Below, in pieces: positions 7,521 through 15,058 of a DNA stretch of 24,000 bases. Each line of letters begins with the position of its first letter. Within the stretch, counting starts at the first letter, position 1. The stretch lies in the NCBI GenBank assembly GCA_035601995.1, contig DATNNE010000047.1, positions 1 through 24,000 of the forward strand. The letters are read 5' to 3'. This stretch comes from Terriglobales bacterium (lineage in GTDB: Bacteria; Acidobacteriota; Terriglobia; Terriglobales; Acidobacteriaceae). Below the pieces are notes generated by a model. That model searched no databases. It was not told the origin of the DNA and saw only the letters and a program-made list of their open reading frames with translations. Position numbers and translations under genes: made by a program.

Positions 7521-8642
7521 ATGGCGGTACCAATTTCTCAGATGTGGACTACGGCGACTTACGTCCTGGGGCAGAAGCTCAGGGGACGGAAGCAGTATCC
7601 GCTGGTGCTGATGCTGGAGCCGCTGTTCCGCTGTAATCTGGCGTGCGCGGGCTGCGGGAAAATTCAATATCCGGCGCATGTGTTGAAGTCGCAGCTTACG
7701 CCGGAAGAATGTTTCCGGGCGGTCGATGAATGTGGCGCGCCTACTGTGTCTATTCCTGGCGGCGAGCCGCTGCTGCATCCGCAGATCGGCGAGATCGTCG
7801 AAGGATTAGTGGCGCGCAAGAAATATATTTATCTGTGCACCAACGCGCTGCTACTCAAAGAAAAAATCCATCTATTCAAGCCGAGCAAGTATCTGACTTT
7901 TTCCGTTCACATGGATGGACAGCGGGAGCATCACGATTTTTCGGTTTGTCTCGAAGGCGGGTACGACAAAGCGATCGACGGGATCAAAGCCGCGCTGGAC
8001 GGCGGTTTTCGCGTGACCACGAATACGACATTGTTTGATGGAGCCGATCCCAAGAGCGTGCGCGCCTTCTTCGACGAAATGATGGAACTGGGTGTCGAGG
8101 GCATGATGCTGTCGCCGGGATACTCTTACGACAAAGCGCCGGATCAGCAACGCTTCCTTGGCCGGGCTCGCACGCGGCGATTGTTTCGCGCCATGCTTTC
8201 CAATCGCGACAAGAAGTGGCGCTTCAATCAGTCAGCGCTGTTTCTTGAATTCCTGATGGGGAAGCGCGAGTATGCGTGCACGCCTTGGGGTATGCCGACC
8301 TACAACGTCTTCGGGTGGCAGAAGCCCTGCTATTTGCTGCAGGACGGCTACGCGGATAGTTTTGCGGAATTGCTAGAGACGACCGCGTGGGAAAATTACG
8401 GGACCGAGTCGGGGAATCCTAAGTGCGCGAATTGCATGGTGCATAGCGGGTATGAAGCGTCCGCCGTGAACGATTTGTTTGGGTCGGTTAGTGGCATGTG
8501 GCAAGAAGTGAAGGCGCGCATGTTCGGCGGATATGAAGATGCTTCAGCTCTAAGGCTGCTGGATGACGCGGCTCAGCCGGCACATGCTGTCAATCCTCTG
8601 GTGCAGATCGGCGCTCCGACGGGTGAGGAGACACGGGTTTGA
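7521..8642 (+). CDS. hpnH: Adenosyl-hopene transferase, radical SAM (HpnH)
   Basis: CxxxCxxC cluster motif in FRCNLACAGCGK. The N-terminus (VPISQMWTTATYVLGQKLRGRKQYPLVLMLEPL) and length (373 aa) are typical of HpnH. It sits directly after shc. Confidence 0.9.
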   Translation: MAVPISQMWTTATYVLGQKLRGRKQYPLVLMLEPLFRCNLACAGCGKIQYPAHVLKSQLTPEECFRAVDECGAPTVSIPGGEPLLHPQIGEIVEGLVARKKYIYLCTNALLLKEKIHLFKPSKYLTFSVHMDGQREHHDFSVCLEGGYDKAIDGIKAALDGGFRVTTNTTLFDGADPKSVRAFFDEMMELGVEGMMLSPGYSYDKAPDQQRFLGRARTRRLFRAMLSNRDKKWRFNQSALFLEFLMGKREYACTPWGMPTYNVFGWQKPCYLLQDGYADSFAELLETTAWENYGTESGNPKCANCMVHSGYEASAVNDLFGSVSGMWQEVKARMFGGYEDASALRLLDDAAQPAHAVNPLVQIGAPTGEETRV

Positions 8643-9076
8643 GCGGGCGGGAAGCTGGGCACGGGCCTTCCGCTTCTCTGGACCCGAACTCGCTCGAGTT
8701 GGTTCCGGGAACGGTTCACGAAAAGCTCGAGGGATCGGTTCCGTCGCTGGCCAATGAGGAAGACCTGCGCAAGGCACTGGAGCAAGCATTCGATTATCGC
8801 GGCGATGTCTCGATCACGCGAAAAGATGGCGCAAAGATTGAAGGCTACATTTTCGATCGTAGTAGTGGAAGCGGGCTTTCCGACAGCTTCGTGCGGTTGC
8901 TGCCGAAAGATGGTTCTCCCAGAATAAAAATTTCCTACGCAGAAATTGCCGCGCTGGCATTTAGCGGGCGCGATATGGCTGCGGGCAAGAGTTGGGAAAA
9001 CTGGGTGCGGCATTATTGGGAAAAGAAAGCGGCGGGGGCGACCGATATTTCTCTGCAGCCCGAGAGGCTGGAGTAA
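8639..9076 (+). CDS. Hypothetical soluble protein (145 aa), translationally coupled to hpnH
   Basis: TTG 8639 overlaps the hpnH stop (gTTTGA). A strong SD, GAGGAG (8624-8629), lies 9 nt upstream. There is no ATG until residue 113, and no family was recognised. Core sequence: DYRGDVSITRKDGAKIEGYIFDR...VRLLPKDGSPRIKISYAEIAALAFSGRDMAAGKSWENWVRHYWEKK. Confidence 0.5.
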   Translation: MSGREAGHGPSASLDPNSLELVPGTVHEKLEGSVPSLANEEDLRKALEQAFDYRGDVSITRKDGAKIEGYIFDRSSGSGLSDSFVRLLPKDGSPRIKISYAEIAALAFSGRDMAAGKSWENWVRHYWEKKAAGATDISLQPERLE

Positions 9077-9135
9077 GAACAGTTGTCAGTTCTCGGTTCC
9101 CAGTTCTCAGGCCGAGTGCTCGCTGACAGCTCCTC

Positions 9136-10131
9136 ATGAAAGCTTTCGTCACCGGCGCAACTGGTTTTGTAGGCAGTCACGTGGCGCGTGTGTTGGCCGA
9201 GCAGGGGGCTGATCTGCGGCTGCTGCTTCGGTCCAGCAGTGATCCGAGAAATATTCAGGGTTTGAATGCGGATCGGGTTATCGGCGATCTGCGCGATCCG
9301 GCGTCGATTGAAAAGGCAATGTCAGGCTGCGACGTGGTGTTTCATGTTGCGGCTGACTACCGGCTTTGGGTTCGCGATCCGGAACAGATGTACCGTGCCA
9401 ATGTTGAAGGTACGCGGGCGATTCTCGAAGCCGCGCGGAAGAATCATGTGCGACGGGTGGTGTACACGTCGAGTGTTGCGACCATGGGATTCACTTCGAA
9501 TGGTCATCCGGCTGACGAGAATTCTCCAGTTTCGCTCGACGGCATGATCGGCCACTACAAACGTTCGAAGTTCATGGCCGAAGAGGTTGCGCTTGCGGCG
9601 GGCCGCGGCGGAATGGATGTAGTTGTGGTCAATCCCAGTACGCCGGTTGGCGAGCAGGACATTAAGCCCACCCCCACAGGGCGCATTGTCGTAGACTTCC
9701 TCAAAAAGAAGTTTCCTGCGTACGTGGATACGGGGCTGAATTTGGTGGATGTCAGGGAATGCGCGCGCGGCCACGTAGCTGCGCTGGAGAAAGGGAGAAG
9801 CGGAGAGCGCTATATTCTGGGCGGAGAGAATCTGACGCTCAAGCAGATTCTGGACAAGCTGGGCGCGATTACCGGGTTGCCATCGCCCAAGGTAAAAGTT
9901 CCATACGTGTTCGCACTGGCGACTGGCGTCGTGGACGAAATTGTGACCGGGCGTATTCTTGGCCGAGAACCGCGGGCGACGATCGACGCTGTGCGCATGG
10001 GACGGAAAAAGATGTTCGTATCCTGCGCGAAGGCTGGACGTGAACTGGGATGGAAGATTGTTCCGGTGGGCGACGCGTTGCGGCGGGCGGCGGACTGGTT
10101 TGTGGCGAATGGATATGCGCCGCGAGGCTGA
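9136..10131 (+). CDS. hpnA: Hopanoid-associated NAD-dependent sugar epimerase/dehydratase-family protein (HpnA)
   Basis: Rossmann motif MKAFVTGATGFVGSHV, catalytic YKRSK, and the string FHVAADYRLWVRDPEQMYRANVEGTR typical of HpnA. Location between hpnH and hpnG supports the call. Confidence 0.85.
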   Translation: MKAFVTGATGFVGSHVARVLAEQGADLRLLLRSSSDPRNIQGLNADRVIGDLRDPASIEKAMSGCDVVFHVAADYRLWVRDPEQMYRANVEGTRAILEAARKNHVRRVVYTSSVATMGFTSNGHPADENSPVSLDGMIGHYKRSKFMAEEVALAAGRGGMDVVVVNPSTPVGEQDIKPTPTGRIVVDFLKKKFPAYVDTGLNLVDVRECARGHVAALEKGRSGERYILGGENLTLKQILDKLGAITGLPSPKVKVPYVFALATGVVDEIVTGRILGREPRATIDAVRMGRKKMFVSCAKAGRELGWKIVPVGDALRRAADWFVANGYAPRG

Positions 10132-10133
10132 AG

Positions 10134-10880
10134 ATGCCAAACTCGACCAAAGTCGCGATGGTAGCCGCCTTGGAGCGCGAGGTAAGCCTGCTAATCAAGC
10201 GCTGGAACAGAGTTGAGCGGGAGCACGAAGGTCGGCGTTTCAAGTTTTTCGAGGGCGGCCAGACTGTGCTGGTTTGTGATGGCATCGGAGCGGAGGCTGC
10301 TCGCCGAGCAACCGAGGCCGTGCTCGCGCTGTATCAGCCCGAACTTGTGCTGTCGGCGGGCTTCGCGGGAGCGCTCGATCCGGCGTTGAAGGTGGGAGAC
10401 ATCTTTACACCGAGCAGCGTGGTCGACGCGCGGGACGGCAGCCGCGTCGAAATGGCCACAGGGCATGGAGTGCTGGTCAGCGCCGCCGCGGTTGCGGGCG
10501 TCGAAGAGAAAAAGAAGCTGGCCGAGTCCTACGGGGCGCAGGCAGTCGATATGGAAGCTGCTGCCGTGGCGCGAGGCGCGCAGGCGCGGGGTGTGCGATT
10601 CATGGCGGTGAAGGCAATCTCGGATGAGAGCGACTTTGAGATGCCGACGCTGGATCGCTTCGTCGATGAGAAGGGTCAATTTAAGACTAGAAGGTTTGCT
10701 ATTTCTGCGACGCTGCGTCCGTGGCTTTGGCCGCGGCTAATTCAACTGGCCAGAAATGTTGCGAAAGCCTCACGGGCACTTTGCGCCGAGCTGGAGCGGT
10801 ACATCCAGGAGCCAAAGAAATCAGAGGTTTCGGGACCGGAGTTGCATCCAATAACTAAGGTAGTGGCTAAGGCGAGGTAG
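10134..10880 (+). CDS. hpnG: Hopanoid-associated phosphorylase/nucleosidase (adenosylhopane nucleosidase, HpnG)
   Basis: PNP/UDP-1 (MTA-nucleosidase-like) motifs are present: AVDMEAAAVARGA, FMAVKAISDESD. ATG 10134 lies 2 nt after the hpnA stop, with GAGG 6 nt upstream. The track start at 10050 would overlap hpnA by 82 nt. Confidence 0.85.
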   Translation: MPNSTKVAMVAALEREVSLLIKRWNRVEREHEGRRFKFFEGGQTVLVCDGIGAEAARRATEAVLALYQPELVLSAGFAGALDPALKVGDIFTPSSVVDARDGSRVEMATGHGVLVSAAAVAGVEEKKKLAESYGAQAVDMEAAAVARGAQARGVRFMAVKAISDESDFEMPTLDRFVDEKGQFKTRRFAISATLRPWLWPRLIQLARNVAKASRALCAELERYIQEPKKSEVSGPELHPITKVVAKAR

Positions 10881-10906
10881 GGATCCCTCACTTCGTGAGG
10901 GATGAC
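10881..10906 (+). terminator. Family-A hairpin immediately after the hpnG stop (attenuator or processing site rather than a full terminator)
   Basis: GGATCCCTCAC-ttc-GTGAGGGATGAC has a 9-bp perfect stem (10883-10903) and no U-tract. The next gene starts at 10915. Confidence 0.4.
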
Positions 10907-10914
10907 AGGGCAAG

Positions 10915-12039
10915 ATGGCAATCGCTGGACAATTTACGATCGAAGAAACGAAGCGGGCGATTCCGACCACCATGCGAGCAGCGGTTTATCGCGGTGTGAA
11001 CGATGTTCGTGTGGAAACCGTTCCGGTGCCGAAGATCGGGGCGGGAGAGCTGCTGGTCCGGGTGCACACTTGCGGAATCTGCGGAACCGATCTCAAGAAA
11101 ATCTCCAGCGGTTCACATTCGGCGCCACGCATCTTCGGTCACGAAACCTCGGGCGTGGTAGCGGCTGTAGGGAGTGAGGTCAAGCAGTTTAAGCCGGGCG
11201 ATCGAGTGGTGGTGTTCCATCACATTCCGTGCGGCGAATGCTACTACTGCCGCCACAAGACTTTTGCTCAGTGCGAGACCTACAAGAAAGTCGGGTGTAC
11301 TGCGGGCTTCGAACCTTCAGGTGGCGGATTCGCCGAGTATGTTCGGGTGATGGATTGGATCGTTAATCACGGCACGGTTCGCATCCCGGATGGAGTCTCG
11401 TTTGAGCAAGCGTGCTTCGTCGAACCCGTCAATACCTGCATGAAGGGGATTGAGACGCTGCAACTTGTGCCCGGCGAGAGTGTTCTAGTAATTGGACAAG
11501 GGCCGATCGGCATCATGTTGAGTGCGTTGGCCAAACGTTCTGGGGCTGCAGTAGTAACTTCCGATTTGTATCCCCAGAGGCTTACAATATCTAAAACGTA
11601 CGGTTTAACGAATGTGATTGATGCTTCCCACGTCGACCCGGTGAAAACGGTGCGGGAGCAGACAGAGGGCCGGGGCGCCGACGCAGCCATTGTTGCGGTC
11701 GGTGGGAACGGCCTGATTCGGACTGCCATGGATGCGGTGCGTCCGGGGGGCAGGGTCTTGCTGTTCGCGCAGACGGTTCGCGGGGAGGCTACGATTGATC
11801 CGGCCGCGATCTGCGTGGACGAGAAGAGATTGTTGGGTTCGTATAGCGCGTCGGTTGAACTGCAGGAAGATTCGGTGCGGTTTGTGATGAGCCGCGAGAT
11901 GAACTTGGAAGGTTTGATCAGTCACCGCTTCTCTTTATCGGACGGTGTGGAAGCCCTCAAACTGGCGGCGAGTCCGCAACCGGATTCGATGAAGATTGTG
12001 ATTCAAGCGGGCAGTTCGTGGGAAGGAAATAGAAATTGA
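10915..12039 (+). CDS. Zn-dependent medium-chain dehydrogenase/reductase, polyol/threonine-dehydrogenase-like (374 aa)
   Basis: Catalytic-Zn context CGICGTDLKK and GHETSGVV. Structural-Zn lobe CGECYYCRHKTFAQC (C-x2-C-x2-C-x7-C). Dinucleotide fold VIGQGPIG. Alternative start at M20 (MRAAVYRG, nt 10972). Confidence 0.85.
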   Translation: MAIAGQFTIEETKRAIPTTMRAAVYRGVNDVRVETVPVPKIGAGELLVRVHTCGICGTDLKKISSGSHSAPRIFGHETSGVVAAVGSEVKQFKPGDRVVVFHHIPCGECYYCRHKTFAQCETYKKVGCTAGFEPSGGGFAEYVRVMDWIVNHGTVRIPDGVSFEQACFVEPVNTCMKGIETLQLVPGESVLVIGQGPIGIMLSALAKRSGAAVVTSDLYPQRLTISKTYGLTNVIDASHVDPVKTVREQTEGRGADAAIVAVGGNGLIRTAMDAVRPGGRVLLFAQTVRGEATIDPAAICVDEKRLLGSYSASVELQEDSVRFVMSREMNLEGLISHRFSLSDGVEALKLAASPQPDSMKIVIQAGSSWEGNRN

Positions 12040-12047
12040 ACGGAAAG

Positions 12048-13085
12048 ATGACGGCAGCGGTCCTCTATGGCAAAGAGGACGTAAAAATCGAGCGAGTTCC
12101 CATTCCCCGTGTGGGTGATGGGGAAGTGTTGGTGAAGGTTCAAGTCGCTCTGACTTGTGGGACAGACCTTAAGGTGTATCAGCGCGGGTACCACGCGCGC
12201 ATGATTGTTCCTCCGGCGTTGTTCGGGCATGAGTTGGCGGGAGTGATCGAGGAGGTTGGGCCGGGCGTACGCGGATTTAAGAAGGGAATGCGGGTGGTAG
12301 CGTTGAACTCTGCGCCCTGCCAGATGTGTTTTTACTGCTCCAAGCATCAGGCCAACCTTTGCGAAGACCTGTTATTCAACAACGGGGCTTATGCGGAATA
12401 CATTCGCATTCCGCGGCGAATTGTCGAGATCAACATGCTGGCGATCCCGCCGGATGTGAGCTATGAAGAAGCGGCGATGGTTGAGCCTCTGGCCTGCGTG
12501 CTGCGCGGCCTGCACGAGACTGGCGTGGAGATTGGCGACACGGTTACCGTGGTCGGAGGCGGTCCGATTGGCTTAATGTTCGTGCAGGTGGCCAAGGCGG
12601 TTGGCTGCAATGTGATTTCTGTGGTGAAGCGCGATGCTCAAGTGCAAGCCGCGAAACATATGGGCGCGCATGACGTAGTGCAAATCACTAAGGTCAAGGA
12701 TCCGGTGGAAGCCGTGCGGACACTCTCCCCTGAGAAGCGCGGCAGTGATGTGGTGATCGAGGCGGTGGGACGTCCGGACGCCTGGGAGATGGCGATCGAT
12801 ATGGTGCGCAAGGGCGGGACGGTGAACTTTTTTGGTGGCTGTGCGAGCGGCACCAAAGTGCAGCTTGACACCAACCGGCTGCATTATTCGGAGGTCACTC
12901 TGAAGGCGACTTTCCATCACACGCCAGAGACCGTGCGCAGAGCCTTCGCCTTGATCGCCGAGAAGAAGATTCGGTCTACGGATTACATTACTGGCGAAGC
13001 GCCACTATCCCGGCTGCAGCAAGTTTTCCATCACATGCTGAACCGCAACGGCGATATCAAGACCGCCATTATTCCCGGGCACTGA
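12048..13085 (+). CDS. Second Zn-dependent medium-chain dehydrogenase/reductase, polyol-dehydrogenase-like (345 aa)
   Basis: MTAAVLYGKEDVKIERVPIP is a typical MDR N-terminus. Also present: LTCGTDLKV, GHELAGVI, CQMCFYCSKHQANLC and VVGGGPIG. The track start TTG 12036 overlaps the upstream stop (TTGA), so either start implies coupling. Confidence 0.85.
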   Translation: MTAAVLYGKEDVKIERVPIPRVGDGEVLVKVQVALTCGTDLKVYQRGYHARMIVPPALFGHELAGVIEEVGPGVRGFKKGMRVVALNSAPCQMCFYCSKHQANLCEDLLFNNGAYAEYIRIPRRIVEINMLAIPPDVSYEEAAMVEPLACVLRGLHETGVEIGDTVTVVGGGPIGLMFVQVAKAVGCNVISVVKRDAQVQAAKHMGAHDVVQITKVKDPVEAVRTLSPEKRGSDVVIEAVGRPDAWEMAIDMVRKGGTVNFFGGCASGTKVQLDTNRLHYSEVTLKATFHHTPETVRRAFALIAEKKIRSTDYITGEAPLSRLQQVFHHMLNRNGDIKTAIIPGH

Positions 13086-13112
13086 GGCGGGATTTCTCTT
13101 GGGGCCCCGCAG

Positions 13113-14102
13113 ATGCCGGGGCCTGCATTGACGAAACTGATCATGTCATCGATTGCCAGCGACTCCCGGACTGCGGCTATTTCCTCAAGGCAGGAGGGGT
13201 GGGGCAGTCTTCCGCTCGAGTACGCCATTCCCGAGAAAGCCCCCACCCAAGCCGAGGCAGAGGAGTACTGCCGTCGTCTGGCCCGTTCGCACTACGAGAA
13301 TTTCTCGGTTGCCAGCTGGTTTCTTCCTGAAAAAGTGCGGCAGGATTTTTTCAACGTCTACGCTTATTGCCGCATCTCGGATGATCTAGGTGACGAAGTC
13401 GGCGATGCGAATGCTTCTTTGCGATTACTGGATCAGTGGGAGGCTGAGCTCGATGCGTGCTACGCAGGGAGTCCGCGGCATCCTGTGTTCGTAGCCTTGG
13501 CGGAAACTGTGCGCAAGTGCGGGATCCCGAAACAAACGTTTGTCGATTTGCTCACTGCGTTTCGCCAGGATCAAAGAGTCTCACGCTATTCCACGTTCGA
13601 GGATGTTCTCAGCTATTGCCGGTATTCTGCGAATCCCGTCGGACATCTCGTGCTGTATGTGTGCGGCTACCGCGACGCGGAGCGGCAGGCGCTTTCCGAT
13701 TTCACTTGCACTGCTTTGCAGTTGGCGAATTTCTGGCAGGACGTCAGCCCGGACTATGCCAATGGGCGAATCTATCTTCCCCTCGAAGACCTGCGCCGTT
13801 TTCGAGTCAGTGAAGATGACTTCGCGGCGCAACGCAATACATCCGCTTTTTGCGACATGATGCGATTCGAAGTGGAGCGCGCCCGCGATTGGTTCTGCTG
13901 GGGCCTGCCGCTGATCGAGCAGGTGGATCGTGACTTGGCCGTCGACATTGAATTGTTCAGCCGGGGTGGTCAGGAGATTCTGAACGCCATCGAAGCCCAG
14001 GGATACAACGTGCTGGGCAGGCGTCCGGCAATTTCAAAATCACGCAAACTGGCGCTGGTAGCGGGTGTGGCCTGGGGGAAATTGTGGGGAAGGCGGACAT
14101 GA
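13113..14102 (+). CDS. hpnC: Hydroxysqualene synthase (squalene synthase HpnC)
   Basis: Squalene/phytoene-synthase fold with Asp-rich motifs YCRISDDLGDE and FWQDVSPDYANGRIYLPLED. It is followed by the paralogue hpnD and by hpnE. Confidence 0.85.
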   Translation: MPGPALTKLIMSSIASDSRTAAISSRQEGWGSLPLEYAIPEKAPTQAEAEEYCRRLARSHYENFSVASWFLPEKVRQDFFNVYAYCRISDDLGDEVGDANASLRLLDQWEAELDACYAGSPRHPVFVALAETVRKCGIPKQTFVDLLTAFRQDQRVSRYSTFEDVLSYCRYSANPVGHLVLYVCGYRDAERQALSDFTCTALQLANFWQDVSPDYANGRIYLPLEDLRRFRVSEDDFAAQRNTSAFCDMMRFEVERARDWFCWGLPLIEQVDRDLAVDIELFSRGGQEILNAIEAQGYNVLGRRPAISKSRKLALVAGVAWGKLWGRRT

Positions 14103-15058
14103 GTACGGCGGTGCAGCCAGCTCCAACACCGTTCGTGCCGACCGAATCGCAACTGGCGGTTGCGTACTCGGTCTGCCGCAGCATTACGCGGTCGACAGCC
14201 AAGAACTTCTATTACGCGTTTCTGGTGCTACCGCGCGCCAAGCGTCAGGCTTTGTGCGCTGTGTACGCTTTCATGCGGCGTTGTGACGACATCGCCGACG
14301 ATGAATCCATGTCGCAATACGACCGGCGGCAGAAGCTCACCGCCTGGCTGGACGCCTTTCACCACGCCCAGTCTGGCCAGCCCACTGACGAACCCGTACT
14401 GTTGGCTCTGACTGACGCGCAGCGCCGCTACAACATTCGGGTTGGATTGCTCGATCAATTGGCCTACGGCACCGCGATGGATGTCGAGGGAGGTCCGGGC
14501 GCGAACGACATGCCCGCAGCCGAACCGCCCGTGCCTCTTGCGCTGCGCGCCCATTACCGAACCTTTGACGACCTCTATCAATATTGTTACCGCGTGGCGT
14601 CGGTCGTCGGATTGGTTTGCATTCATGTGTTTGGTTATCGCGATCCGGCGGCGGAGCCGCTGGCTGAACGCCTGGGAATCGCGTTTCAACTCACTAACAT
14701 TATTCGCGATGTGAAAGAAGACGCCAGCATGAGCCGCGTTTATTTGCCGGAAGAGGATCTGGACAAGTTCGGAATTTCAATTTCCGCGCTGGAGTCGGTC
14801 TCGGATCCTGCATTACTTCGCCCGCTTCTGGCGATGGAGGCCGATCGCGCTCGCGAGTATTACCAGGCTGGAGACGAACTCATTCCTCTGGTCGAAGAGG
14901 ACAGCCAGCCCGCGCTCTGGGTGCTCATGACCATTTACCAGCGTCTGCTCGACAAGATTGCGCTGCGTGAATACGATGTGTTCAGTGAGAAGGTCAGCCT
15001 TACCGTGCGCGAGAAGCTCGGCATTCTGGCCAAGGGCTTCCTGAAACGCTTGTCCTGA
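14099..15058 (+). CDS. hpnD: Presqualene diphosphate synthase (HpnD)
   Basis: Motifs AFMRRCDDIADDE and NIIRDVKEDASMSRVYLPEED. ATG 14099 overlaps the hpnC stop (ATGA), with GGAAGG upstream. The track start GTG 14084 is less likely. Confidence 0.85.
   Translation: MSTAVQPAPTPFVPTESQLAVAYSVCRSITRSTAKNFYYAFLVLPRAKRQALCAVYAFMRRCDDIADDESMSQYDRRQKLTAWLDAFHHAQSGQPTDEPVLLALTDAQRRYNIRVGLLDQLAYGTAMDVEGGPGANDMPAAEPPVPLALRAHYRTFDDLYQYCYRVASVVGLVCIHVFGYRDPAAEPLAERLGIAFQLTNIIRDVKEDASMSRVYLPEEDLDKFGISISALESVSDPALLRPLLAMEADRAREYYQAGDELIPLVEEDSQPALWVLMTIYQRLLDKIALREYDVFSEKVSLTVREKLGILAKGFLKRLS

Noticed and set aside
7411-7611. 66-aa plus-strand ORF in the shc-hpnH spacer
   Set aside because: It is made mostly of the family-A repeat and overlaps the real hpnH start in another frame.
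10050-10133. Upstream extension of hpnG overlapping hpnA by 82 nt
   Set aside because: ATG 10134 has a properly spaced GAGG and lies 2 nt after the hpnA stop. The extension is Gly/Cys-rich and out of character for the PNP-fold N-terminus.
9322-10140. 272-aa minus-strand ORF opposite hpnA
   Set aside because: It is antisense to a well-supported Rossmann-fold gene. It is low-complexity, Arg-rich, and has no recognisable motif.
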